A stretch of 64,000 bases of DNA from a bacterium. Lineage in GTDB: Bacteria; Electryoneota; Electryoneia; Electryoneales; Electryoneaceae. The notes under the pieces are model-generated. The model was not told the origin of the DNA. It did not search any database and was given only the letters and a program-made list of their open reading frames with translations. The position numbers and the translations under genes are program-made. Positions 9,958 through 20,216 of the stretch are shown one piece after another (the first letter of the stretch is position 1; the number at the start of each line of letters is the position of its first letter). The DNA lies in assembly GCA_963669175.1 (NCBI GenBank), contig OY769902.1, positions 224,001 through 288,000 on the forward strand, in the 5' to 3' direction.

Positions 9958-12042
9958 ATGAAACGATGTGTCTTGTTTGTTCTGTTTGTGTGTATGATTC
10001 TACTTGCCTCGATGCTTTACGCCGAGGTGTTATCACCGGTCGCCCCGGCGTCGATCAGTTATCCCTGTATCGGGGATGCCGAAGTTGACGTGCCGGACAA
10101 CATTCCTCCTTTCCTGCCCGCCGACAACGAACTGGATATGATGGGCGATACGATTATCGTAGGCTATACCTATTGGGAATCACAGCACAACGGCACCATC
10201 GGACACATGATCGGCTGGGACAATGATTCGGAAACAGCATCCATGATCTGGACCTGCCTGGAAAGCGGCGCGGAAGCGTCAACCCGCCATGTCCGTTTTA
10301 ATCGAATCGACTTTTCCGGCGGAACACCTTCTGTAGAAGTAGCTTCCGGATCTATTGTTGACGCCAACGAACGTGCCGGCTACGCCACTCTCCCTTTCCA
10401 TGACGGCATTGCATTGCCAGTCTACCATTACCGTGGCGGCAACCAGGAAACGTATCACCCGGTCTGTGCGGCTGAATGGACCGTGTTTCCCGGCGTGTTT
10501 AACGAAACAATCATGCCTCAGTACGAAGACCTCATCTGGTGGTGGCCACACGGCGCCTATGCGGAATACAACGATGAGCATATCCTGCATATGGTCGCTA
10601 CGGAATGGCGCGAGGATAATGCCGGCCTGCAGCAGGTGATCTATGTCCGCAACCAGTTTGATACCGAAAACGAGAGAATTATTGCTGGCGACTGGGAAAC
10701 TGTCACCGAATATGGCATGAACATCTCCGCTGATATTGGAGCGTCAAACGATGGTGCGCGTGTCGCTATCGCAGCAACCGTATCCCGTGACTACCTCTAT
10801 CACCCGGAAGATGATCCCACGCAGTACAACAACGATCTCTGGTTGTGGATCAGCGAGGACGGCGGCGAAACCTGGGACTGGGAAAACCCGATTGATATCA
10901 CTGATTTTGCCATGCCAAACCCGGACATGTTCCCGGACTCACTGGCGGCAGATACAGACACCCTGCGCGCTTACACAGATTGTGATATCTATTTCGATTA
11001 TGATGATGTGCTGCATGTCGCTTTTACCGTGAGTGGATTTTTCTATTACGAAGGCACAATCACTTACACCTCCATGATTTATCATTGGGACGAGAAAAGC
11101 GGATACTGCACCGTGATTGCCGATGGCAGGTTCTGGAATTATACGATGCCTGGAGCATGGCATCGTGTCGCGAACAGGCCAAGCATGGTACAGGATCAGG
11201 ATAGCCGTATCCTGTATTGTGTTTATGAACAGCTCGGAATGCCGGGCGAATTCACGGACAATGGCGATAACACTGTTACACCGTGGGATGTATCCGATGA
11301 TGGCTTTGGCTGTTTTGAGGTCATGATTTCCGCAAGCCCAGGCTATGAGTATTATTACAACACCATACCGGGAAAGATGTGGACCGCTCCGGTAAACATT
11401 ACAGATTCCCGTGCCGCTGAAGGCGAATACCCCAACGGCATGCAGGCGGGACACTGCCAAAGCGAACGTGAACCCAGTGTCGCTCTGAACACCGAAGGCG
11501 ACTACCTCCACATCTTCTACATTATGGACACCGATGCCGGGTTTGTTATCCAGGAAGAAGGCGAGTTCACCAATAATCCTGCTGTCTATCATCGTGTATC
11601 CAAAGAATCCATCATGGACCAGATTTATGCAAATGGGGAATGGGTGGAGAATTATCCTTTACACACGGATAGTACGGGGTTCTATCTGGACTAACATGAT
11701 TGGGTGTGGGACAGCGAATTGTGGGATGATCCATTCTACCGTCTCGGGGTTATTGAAGATCAGCCGGAACTGCAACCCGCACAATTCCACCTGGCTCAAA
11801 ATCATCCCAACCCTTTCAACCCCACCACACAGCTCCAGTACACGCTTGATGTGCAGGGGGTTGTCAAGCTGACCGTATACGACTTGCTGGGACGAGAAGT
11901 GCAGGTGTTGAACAACCGTGTCATGCAGGCGGGAACACATGCGGTCCTGTTTGATGCATCCGAACTTCCCAGCGGTGTCTATTTCGTGAAACTATCCAGT
12001 GGCAACGCTTCACAGGTGATCAAGATGACGCTGGTAAAATAG
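9958..12042 (+). pseudogene. T9SS-sorted protein interrupted by one in-frame TAA (11692-11694)
   Basis: ORFs 9955..11694 and 11704..12042 share a frame: ...GFYLD*HDWVWDSELW...; signal peptide at the start and NHPNPFNPTT...KMTLVK sorting domain after the stop. Confidence 0.8.
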
Positions 12043-12069
12043 CCACCTTGTTTGATTGGACACTTCTTC

Positions 12070-12098
12070 AAGCGCCCGGCTTGCGGGCGCTTTTTTTT
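12070..12098 (+). terminator. Rho-independent terminator
   Basis: AAGCGCCCG-gcttg-CGGGCGCTT followed by a T run. Confidence 0.85.
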
Positions 12099-12267
12099 AT
12101 GGTTCCTCACAAGAATTTGTGCGTTGACTAATGTTGTGGCAGGTCTTGGCGCGACTGTATTTCATGCAACTTTGTTTGTTGTATAGAGATTACCATTCGG
12201 TTGCATGCGCTTTGTTTGCGATTTTGACTGGTCGCGTTGTGACCTGCCACGTAATTGGGAGAAATGT

Positions 12268-12676
12268 ATTGTTAATCCGTCATTGGGTAATGTGCAATAT
12301 CAGTGCAAGATCCTTGATATGGTCGAAAGAAAGGATATGGAAAAAGGGGACTGCCTCCTTTCCCTGGGATAAAGCCTTCCCGTAGCGAACACGGACGGGG
12401 AAAGGTGGCTGTACCTTTTTTCTTGGGCACAAGCAGAAATTACGCGGAAAAGGGGACAGTTTCCTTTCCCTGGGGCAAAGCCTTCCCGCTGTGAGCAAGG
12501 ACCGGGAAAGGTGGCTGTACCCTTTTTCTTGAGAGCAGGCAGGACGTACACGGAAAAGGGTACAGTTTCCTTTTCCACAAGTTCGGCGAGAGTGTTTCAT
12601 ATGCGCGCGAGGAAAAGGATCCCGTCCCCTTTTCCCGGCAATCTCTATTATGACGGAATGAAATCGAGAACAGCTA
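12268..12676 (-). mobile_element. R1 MITE, reverse orientation, internally expanded, one end decayed
   Basis: Reverse complement of the 43944 copy over most of its length, with an extra palindrome pair; intact end ...aaatcgagaacagcta followed by TA. Confidence 0.75.
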
Positions 12677-12677
12677 T

Positions 12678-12980
12678 ATGCGGGTAATAACTGAAAACAA
12701 CGATGTTATCGTGTTCGAAGAAGGCAGCTATGACAAGCATTCAGGCCTGGTGAACTATAAAACGACTGAGTATCCTGAAATTATCTGCAAACTCAATTCT
12801 TTGCATGCATCTTCTACAGATAGCCCGAAACACTGGCTCAATATTTCATACGGCGTTTTGCTGGGTTTCCTGGCGCTATCATCACTTTGGATGTATAAAC
12901 CGAGTACAAGGATGTTCAGGCGAGGTATTGTTTTATCCGTAGCCGGCCTTGTCCTTACAGCTATCATTGTAGTGCTTTAA
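12678..12980 (+). pseudogene. 3' part of a PepSY-associated TM-helix-like membrane protein, truncated by the MITE
   Basis: KLNSLH...HWLNISYGVLLGFLALSSLWMY plus a second TM helix; its ATG is formed at the MITE/TA junction. Confidence 0.5.
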
Positions 12981-13207
12981 CATAGAGTGCAGGTCGCTTT
13001 TGTACTGCGCCTGAGCTGCCAAATCCGCCGATTGGAAGGTTTATTATTCGACGCGATTTGGCAGCTATTCTTTTCCACCATTTTCCGCTGATCACCGTAC
13101 AATCAGGCAAGAGTCACGACTCGCTGTGACCTCCTTCCTTTTCTGCCTGAATTCTACGGGTTATATTGCCCGGGTCAATCGCTATACCAACAGGGAGACG
13201 GCGGACG

Positions 13208-14089
13208 ATGAAAGGTATTATCCTCGCAGGCGGCAGCGGGACAAGGCTCTATCCTTCTACCCGCAGTATTGTAAAACAGTTACTCCCCATTTATGACAAG
13301 CCGATGGTATACTACCCGCTTTCGGTGTTGATGCTTGCCAATATTCGGGAAATCCTGATCATCTCCACCCCCGCAGACACAGAGCGCTTTGAACAGCTCT
13401 TCGGCGATGGCTCCCAGCTTGGGATGGAAATCAGCTATGTCGTCCAGCCCAAGCCGGAAGGACTGGCCCAGGCGTTTATCCTGGGTGAAGAATTCCTGGA
13501 TGGCGATGATGCCTGTCTAATCCTTGGCGATAACATTTTTTACGGTCACGGCACAGCCGCGATGCTCACTGATGCGCGCAAGCGTGTCGAAGAAGACCAA
13601 AAGGCTGTCGTGTTCGGCTATTATGTGGATCAACCCCAGCGTTACGGTGTCGTGGAGTTCGCTGAAAACGGCCGCGTATTGTCCATTGAAGAAAAACCGC
13701 AGCAACCCAAAAGCAACTATGCTGTTGTAGGGTTGTATTTCTATCCTAACGATGTTGTGCAGGTGGCCAAATCGATCAAACCGTCGGCACGAGGTGAACT
13801 CGAAATCACCGATGTCAACCGTACCTACCTGGAACGCGACGAACTGGATGTCAAGCTAATGGGCCGTGGCTACGCATGGCTGGACACCGGCACACACAGC
13901 GATCTGCTTGCCGCCTCCCAGTTTGTCGAGATGATCGAAAAACGCCAGGGTTTGAAAATCGCCTGTATCGAAGAGATTGCATGGCGGCAAGGATTCATCG
14001 ACAAGGCTCAACTGCAACGCCTGTATGCACAGCTTGAAAAGAGCGAATATGGAATTTACCTGGAAAAACTGTTGATGTCCATGAAGTAG
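13208..14089 (+). CDS. rfbA: Glucose-1-phosphate thymidylyltransferase
   Basis: [70 protein letters not shown]. Confidence 0.97.
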   Translation: MKGIILAGGSGTRLYPSTRSIVKQLLPIYDKPMVYYPLSVLMLANIREILIISTPADTERFEQLFGDGSQLGMEISYVVQPKPEGLAQAFILGEEFLDGDDACLILGDNIFYGHGTAAMLTDARKRVEEDQKAVVFGYYVDQPQRYGVVEFAENGRVLSIEEKPQQPKSNYAVVGLYFYPNDVVQVAKSIKPSARGELEITDVNRTYLERDELDVKLMGRGYAWLDTGTHSDLLAASQFVEMIEKRQGLKIACIEEIAWRQGFIDKAQLQRLYAQLEKSEYGIYLEKLLMSMK

Positions 14090-14566
14090 GCTGGTCAAGA
14101 AATTTCGTAGAAACATTGTAGTTCCTGAAAATCATTCTAATTCGAAAACAATCAGCAGGAATCATCTTTCTGGGGCCGTGATACACGAAAGATGTTCTGC
14201 GTGAGGAAGAACTTTCGAAGAATACTGTACCGTTAAAATGAATACCCGGAAAGGACAAGTCTGCACGAATCGTGAAGCGACATGCAATGCTGGTCTCTCG
14301 CGGCTCTCCTCAAATCCTTACCAGTAGCAACTTTGAGGACTTTGAATAGTCTTTGAAACCGACAGTACTGTTTTGAGATAGTGGTGTTGAACTGCAATAA
14401 TTTCCACGTTATGAATTTTGATGCCAATACTGGGACATATCCTTTTCGCACTTCCTATGATTGATTCTCTTGTTTCTTCTGTTTATCTAATACTATGGGG
14501 ATGTTGAAAAGGTGAGTTGTTTCACCGGCAATGGGAGGGAGAGTATAGAAATGCCTGGAGTCTTTC

Positions 14567-16222
14567 ATGATTTGGCGCAAGAACAGCAACGAGAAAGACA
14601 GCGTGAACATTCCTTCTGCTGCAACGATATACGAACAGATGCTCGACCGCCTGCCTGTTGCGGTTCTTCAAATTGATTTATCCTATCGCATTGTCTATGC
14701 GAATAAAAAGGCTTCCGACTTGTTGGAAACACCTTCTGATTCTCTTATTGGATTGAATGTTTTCTCTGCATTTTCTCTACCTGATCACCATTCTCCTGAA
14801 AGCAGTATCCGCAAAGCGATCGAATACGGGAAATCTTCGGAACACCAGGCTTTGCTGAATCATTTGCAGACGGTTCATGTTTCGACGAATCCGTTGTTCG
14901 ATGATGGTGAACATCTCACCGGGGCGATGATTACTATCGAACCTCGCATCTCCTGGGACAATTTCAACACTACGTTGCGTGATCTTACCGGTGTCCTGCG
15001 TAAAGGGAAATTGAAAGTTCGCACCAACGATACCGCAGCACAAAAAAGTGATCAGTTGCCGCTTTCTCTGATAAACGAAGCCCTTGATGCGGCGCTCAAT
15101 CCCCTGCATCACCTGGTAGAAAGGCTGGAATCTCTTGCCGAAGGCGATCTGACGGCCACGATTCAACAACCTGCTTATGGTGATCATGCACGCGCCAACC
15201 AGGCATTCATGGCGCTGCGTAATAAACTGAACAATGCCTTCGCCAGGATAGTGCAACTGGCCGTGGAAACAAATGTGATCGCAAAACAGGTTGACCAGTT
15301 TACGCAAAGCGGCCAAAATTTATTTGATAATCAAATGCGCTGTATCAACAGGATGGAAGAACGATGCGAACCCATACTGAACGACATCTCAAGTTCTGTA
15401 CAGGCGGAAATGCAAACCCTGCTCGTCGGAAAACAATTTGAGCAATCCATAGGACGTCTGATCAAGGAAGCTGAAAAGCAGAAAGAGTTGATCGCTTCTG
15501 TGTCTGAGCTTGTGGCAAACCCCGAGACTTTGCTGGATGCATCCAAACACCTGTTCGATGTCATGCAACAGACTGTAATTCGTCAGGCAGCGAGCGATGA
15601 AGACATCTCTGGGGTGGATGAATCAACCCAGGCCATTATACGGGAAACTCTCGGATTTATTCACGATCAGACCAGTGTTGTAAAAGAATCCAAACGTATT
15701 CACTCACAAATTGCTATCTCGCTGATTAGCAGCAGTGAATCCCTGGAAACATTAAAAAACCAGGCATCCCAGTTTACAGATATGCTCGAAGCTTCAACGT
15801 CAAGAACACGCGCCAATTTCGCCAGCATAAACTTCATAACATCGAATGTCAAACGTCTTCATTCACTGATTGAAGCGCAATCGGTTCGTATTCAGATGAT
15901 CGCTTCACTGTCGGAAAAGATATCGAATCTTTCACGAAATGTCCTGTCAACAACAGCCGGCTTCAGACACGCCGGTAATACCAACCATTTGCTGAAAAGC
16001 TTGCGCCGTGACAAGAAACTAGCCGATCCAACAGAAGAAAACACTGATATTAATGAACTCAGCCTGAAACTGGAACAGATTTCAGATGATCTTGACGAAC
16101 TCCTCTTACCGCTTTCTGATAGTACACCTGAAGAAGAAATGAATGATTTTCTGACAAGTCTGCGGAAACTGATTGACAAAGACCCTGGACAGGAACCTCC
16201 ATCCTCATCCTCCAGGGAGTAA
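14567..16222 (+). CDS. Soluble PAS + HAMP + degenerate MCP-like coiled-coil protein
   Basis: N-terminal PAS (LDRLPVAVLQID...IVYANKKA); INEALDAALNPL...LAEGDLT...YGDHA resembles the HAMP region of the MCP at 44963; no conserved MCP hairpin tip. Confidence 0.65.
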   Translation: MIWRKNSNEKDSVNIPSAATIYEQMLDRLPVAVLQIDLSYRIVYANKKASDLLETPSDSLIGLNVFSAFSLPDHHSPESSIRKAIEYGKSSEHQALLNHLQTVHVSTNPLFDDGEHLTGAMITIEPRISWDNFNTTLRDLTGVLRKGKLKVRTNDTAAQKSDQLPLSLINEALDAALNPLHHLVERLESLAEGDLTATIQQPAYGDHARANQAFMALRNKLNNAFARIVQLAVETNVIAKQVDQFTQSGQNLFDNQMRCINRMEERCEPILNDISSSVQAEMQTLLVGKQFEQSIGRLIKEAEKQKELIASVSELVANPETLLDASKHLFDVMQQTVIRQAASDEDISGVDESTQAIIRETLGFIHDQTSVVKESKRIHSQIAISLISSSESLETLKNQASQFTDMLEASTSRTRANFASINFITSNVKRLHSLIEAQSVRIQMIASLSEKISNLSRNVLSTTAGFRHAGNTNHLLKSLRRDKKLADPTEENTDINELSLKLEQISDDLDELLLPLSDSTPEEEMNDFLTSLRKLIDKDPGQEPPSSSSRE

Positions 16223-16444
16223 CCGGACTCCCTGGAAGCTCTTGCGATACTGGCCATTCGCTATCTTTAACATCTTAATTAGTTTGCATATAATTAAAGC
16301 ACTCATCGTACTTTTTGTGAAGTTGTGCCAGATTTTACCCTCTTTCTCAGGCCACTGATTTATTGAATTCCTTTGCTTCACATCACTCCTTTGTGGAAAA
16401 TCATGCTATATTATTCTAGGGTCCAAAGAGGGGACGCTCCCACA

Positions 16445-17674
16445 ATGGCGTCAAAACAAAACAGAACGAAAAAAGCAATTTCACCTGTGCGCTTGAAGAT
16501 CTTTCGCAGAGAATTCAGGCTACTTCCAGCCATTATTGCATCTTCTTTAATCCTTGTATTCCTTAGTGTTAGCATTCTTTACAGTAGTTTTGGCAATGAA
16601 GTGGGACGCCTCCAGCGCCAGGCAATTGAAGTGTTGAATCACGACCTTGCGCTTAACCAGCCTGTATGTACATCCCTGACAATTGAAGCGCTCATCATTC
16701 CCGGATTGTACCGCGCAGCGGGAGCCTGGGAAGACGGTTCACAGCACATTGTGTTTATCCGTACAGATGGCAAGCGAGTTCAAGCAATTGTTGAATCCCC
16801 GCAGAAAGTCTTTACGTCAGATCGCTACACAACAAACCTGGAATCCCTGCAACGGATCGTCGATCTGAATCCGGAATCCATCTCCGGGCATACTGCGCTC
16901 GGGTTGACAGCCTATTACAGCAGTGATTTTCAGACAGCAATCACGCACTTCGAAACCGCGTTCAACCTCGATTTGAGATCTCATCACCATGCCGAGAATA
17001 CAAATTACAGCATAAGCGGCCTTCCCGTACAGGCAATGATGCTGCTTACCGGCGTATCCTATGGCATGCTGGATCAATACAACTCCGCATTGGAGTATCT
17101 GAACCAGTCGCTTGAACTAGTCCCCACATCCTCATCGGCATTGTTTGCCAAGAGCCTTTTTATCTGTGAAATGGGCTCGCCTGAGCTGGCAAAACCGACT
17201 ATAGAACTATTGATGACACAATCGAGTGATTCGCCCACTACCCTGCACGCTCTCAGCTTGTATCACCGGGCCAAGAATAACCGGAAACCCTGCTTGGAAT
17301 TATTGAATCGTGTGATAGATCTGGACGAGGGGCAAACTGCCAGCTACCTTGCTACAAAATCGGAAACACTGCTGGAATGGGGACAACCGGAAGCCGCCCT
17401 GAAAGCCATCGAACAAGCTTTGATGATAACGAAAGATCCACAGTTTTATGTCCTCCTGGGACGTTGTTATGTGGCACAGGAGAAATACACGGCAGCGGAG
17501 CTCTCATTCAAGCAAGCTTTCAACATGGCGCCAAATTACGCTGAAGGGTATTACGAACTGGGGAAAATGTACGAGAAGTTGGGACGTCTGGAATTCGCAC
17601 AGGATAATATAGCGCACAGCCGTGAGCTGGGATTCCGCCACCCCTTTACACAATTGGCGCACGTTTCATTTTAG
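16445..17674 (+). CDS. Membrane-anchored tetratricopeptide-repeat protein
   Basis: One TM segment near the N-terminus, then TPR-like units such as LGRCYVAQEKYTAAELSFKQAFNMAPNYAEGYYELG. Confidence 0.75.
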   Translation: MASKQNRTKKAISPVRLKIFRREFRLLPAIIASSLILVFLSVSILYSSFGNEVGRLQRQAIEVLNHDLALNQPVCTSLTIEALIIPGLYRAAGAWEDGSQHIVFIRTDGKRVQAIVESPQKVFTSDRYTTNLESLQRIVDLNPESISGHTALGLTAYYSSDFQTAITHFETAFNLDLRSHHHAENTNYSISGLPVQAMMLLTGVSYGMLDQYNSALEYLNQSLELVPTSSSALFAKSLFICEMGSPELAKPTIELLMTQSSDSPTTLHALSLYHRAKNNRKPCLELLNRVIDLDEGQTASYLATKSETLLEWGQPEAALKAIEQALMITKDPQFYVLLGRCYVAQEKYTAAELSFKQAFNMAPNYAEGYYELGKMYEKLGRLEFAQDNIAHSRELGFRHPFTQLAHVSF

Positions 17675-17686
17675 AACACTACCAGA

Positions 17687-19615
17687 TTATCCCTTACTTT
17701 CTGTCTGAACATCCTCTGCTACCTGCAGCTTCCCATTGCCGTTACTCAGGCTTTTTAACTTCATAATGAACAGGGTCATATCATCAAACTGGGGCATGCC
17801 TTTCTGGTAGGCTTTAACATCTTTAACCAGTCGTTGCACCATCTCTTTAGCCGTCAGGCCGCTGTACTTTTCGAGCTGCTTTGCCAGACGTTCCTCGCCA
17901 TACTCCTCCCCTTCCTGGTTGATAGCTTCCGTCATGCCATCCGTGTACAGGACAAGGGTGTCATTATCACGGCGGAGATGGATATGCTCCAACCCCATCG
18001 TCATGCCTTCCATCATGCCGGCTACCATGGTTTCCATGGTTGGCAGCATCTGGAACGTGTTTTCCCTGCCACGCGGCCCGGAGATATAAGGCATGTTGTG
18101 GCCTGCGGTGGAATACGTCAGGATGCGGGTTTCCAGGTTGAACACGCCGAAGAACATGGTGATGAACATGTTCGTGCCCTGGTCCATTTCCACCAGACGG
18201 TCATTGAACTCAACCAGCACTTCAGACGGGCTCTTCTCTTTGGTTGCCAGAATTCGGAACAGGGTTCGGCTGACAGCCATGAACAGCGCGGCCGGAATGC
18301 CCTTACCGGACACATCGCCGATAACCATGCCGAATTGCTTTTCCCCGATCATGAAGACATCAAAGTAATCGCCGCCCACTTCACGAGCCGATTCACAGGT
18401 GCCGAATACGTCCAGTTCTTCGAACTGGGGGAACTTCTTCGGCAGGAAACTCTGCTGGATTTCCTGCGCCAGCATGAGTTCCGCATCCGCACGTTCCTTG
18501 GCCTTCGTGGTCTCGGTCAGCTTGTCGATGTACAGGTTCAGGTCGTCAACCATTTGGTTGAACGCACCACTCAACTGGCCGATTTCATCTTTTCGGTTGC
18601 TACCTTCCGTCCGCTTGGAAAGATTCCCCGACGCCACTTCCTTTGCCGCGGTCATGAGCTTGCGTATGGGCTTGGTCAGCGAAACAGACAGCCAGATCGC
18701 CCCGATGAAAGCAATAAAAATCCCGACAGCGATCCAGATAACCATTTGGCTGACCATGTCGGACACCGCCAGGTAGGCTTCTGAAAGTGGCTTTTCAACG
18801 ATGATTGCCCAATTGAAGGAGTTCGGGAACGCATAGGCGCCCAGCATGCTTTCGCCATCCGGGTTGACTGAATGCAGCACGCCATTAGAACGGTTGCCCT
18901 CAGCGAGCAGCGATGTGGCGGTTTTAACGATAGCTTGTTCAGCAACCGCTACGGTATCGGTGTCAAACAGCCTGGCGCCTTTTTCATCGACCAGGGTGAT
19001 ACTGCCGCTACGGTTGGAGCGGACTTCATCGATACGCGCCTTCAGATGCGACAGGTTAATCTGAGCGGAAAGCGCAGCGGGACGTCCGAAGGTTTCCATG
19101 CTGAGCGGAAGCATGATCGGCAGCAACCAGGTTTCCGCGCCTTCCACGAATACCGGCTCGCCGAGGATCATGGAATCCATGCCTCCGGCGTTTTCAATCC
19201 GGCCGGGGTCAAGCTGGAGAAGCTGGATAGGATCGAGATCGGTCTGCTGGCGTAAGGTCTGGCTGAAGGTGTCCTGGGTAATCAGCAACGGACGCGAAAT
19301 TCCCTGCACGGAGATCTGCATGGCGACAAAATCTTCCACATTGCTGACCGCTTCCGTCATCAGGGAAAGCTTTTCATTCACGCCCAGGTTGGGGCTTTCC
19401 ACAGATGCCTTAACCAGCGTAATCGGGGCCAGCCAGGCGGACTGGTAAAACGCATCAATATCACCGGCAACCCGTTGCGCTGTAGCCAGCAAATCATCAT
19501 TCGCAGCGCTTTTCAGCTCATCCTGCGTAATGCGAATCAGGTTGCGCCCCGCCAATCCCAACGGGATCAAGGCAAGAAACAGAGATAAAATCAGCAGCTT
19601 TGCACGCAAACTCAT
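17687..19615 (-). CDS. Sensor PP2C phosphatase (periplasmic Cache-like domain, HAMP, SpoIIE/RsbU domain)
   Basis: Two TM helices; HAMP LTKPIRKL...DEIGQLSGAFNQM; AREVGGDYFD, IGDVSGKG, MFITMF, AGHN, LYTDG, DDMT. Confidence 0.92.
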   Translation of the reverse strand: MSLRAKLLILSLFLALIPLGLAGRNLIRITQDELKSAANDDLLATAQRVAGDIDAFYQSAWLAPITLVKASVESPNLGVNEKLSLMTEAVSNVEDFVAMQISVQGISRPLLITQDTFSQTLRQQTDLDPIQLLQLDPGRIENAGGMDSMILGEPVFVEGAETWLLPIMLPLSMETFGRPAALSAQINLSHLKARIDEVRSNRSGSITLVDEKGARLFDTDTVAVAEQAIVKTATSLLAEGNRSNGVLHSVNPDGESMLGAYAFPNSFNWAIIVEKPLSEAYLAVSDMVSQMVIWIAVGIFIAFIGAIWLSVSLTKPIRKLMTAAKEVASGNLSKRTEGSNRKDEIGQLSGAFNQMVDDLNLYIDKLTETTKAKERADAELMLAQEIQQSFLPKKFPQFEELDVFGTCESAREVGGDYFDVFMIGEKQFGMVIGDVSGKGIPAALFMAVSRTLFRILATKEKSPSEVLVEFNDRLVEMDQGTNMFITMFFGVFNLETRILTYSTAGHNMPYISGPRGRENTFQMLPTMETMVAGMMEGMTMGLEHIHLRRDNDTLVLYTDGMTEAINQEGEEYGEERLAKQLEKYSGLTAKEMVQRLVKDVKAYQKGMPQFDDMTLFIMKLKSLSNGNGKLQVAEDVQTESKG

Positions 19616-19804
19616 GAAGGATCCCCGACAGTCCGATCATCCCAATCCAAGTGAAACCCGTTGCGGATTCACCCTTTGGGATATTTGGTTAATGTCGTAT
19701 TTCCCACGCGCCGGAGCAAGCGAGAGTGTCCTCTATCCTGCGATTGTTACTCTTTGCGGATATGGAGATCAAATGACTCTCCCCAACAGGAATATCCAGA
19801 AATA

Positions 19805-20124
19805 TTGCTGTTCTCGATTTTATTCCGACATAATAAAGATTGCCGGGAAAAGGGGACGGGATCCTTTTCCTCGCGCGCATATGAAACACTCTCGCCGAAC
19901 TTGTGGAAAAGGAAACTGTACCCTTTTCCGTGTACGTCCTGCCTGCTCTCAAGAAAAAGGGTACAGCCACCTTTCCCGGTCCATGCTCACAGCGGGAATG
20001 CTTTGCCCCAGGGAAAGGAAACTGTCCCCTTTTTCCATATCCTTATCCTTTATTCCAACCATATGGTTGACCTTTCACTGATCTGGCACATGACCACATG
20101 ACGGAATAATAATGGGAATCGCTA
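19805..20124 (+). mobile_element. R1 MITE, 320 bp
   Basis: Nearly identical to 43944-44263 and the same length; imperfect 27-bp terminal inverted repeats. Confidence 0.85.
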
Positions 20125-20216
20125 TTATTTCAAAAATCGAGATTTTGAACTTGTATAGCAGAAAGATATATATCATCTTACAAGTGGCCACCATAAAAAC
20201 AGCACGGAATAATCAA

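Noticed and set aside
11692-11694. Selenocysteine, pyrrolysine or genetic-code reassignment
   Set aside because: The codon is TAA, not TGA or TAG, and TAA terminates other clear genes in the window
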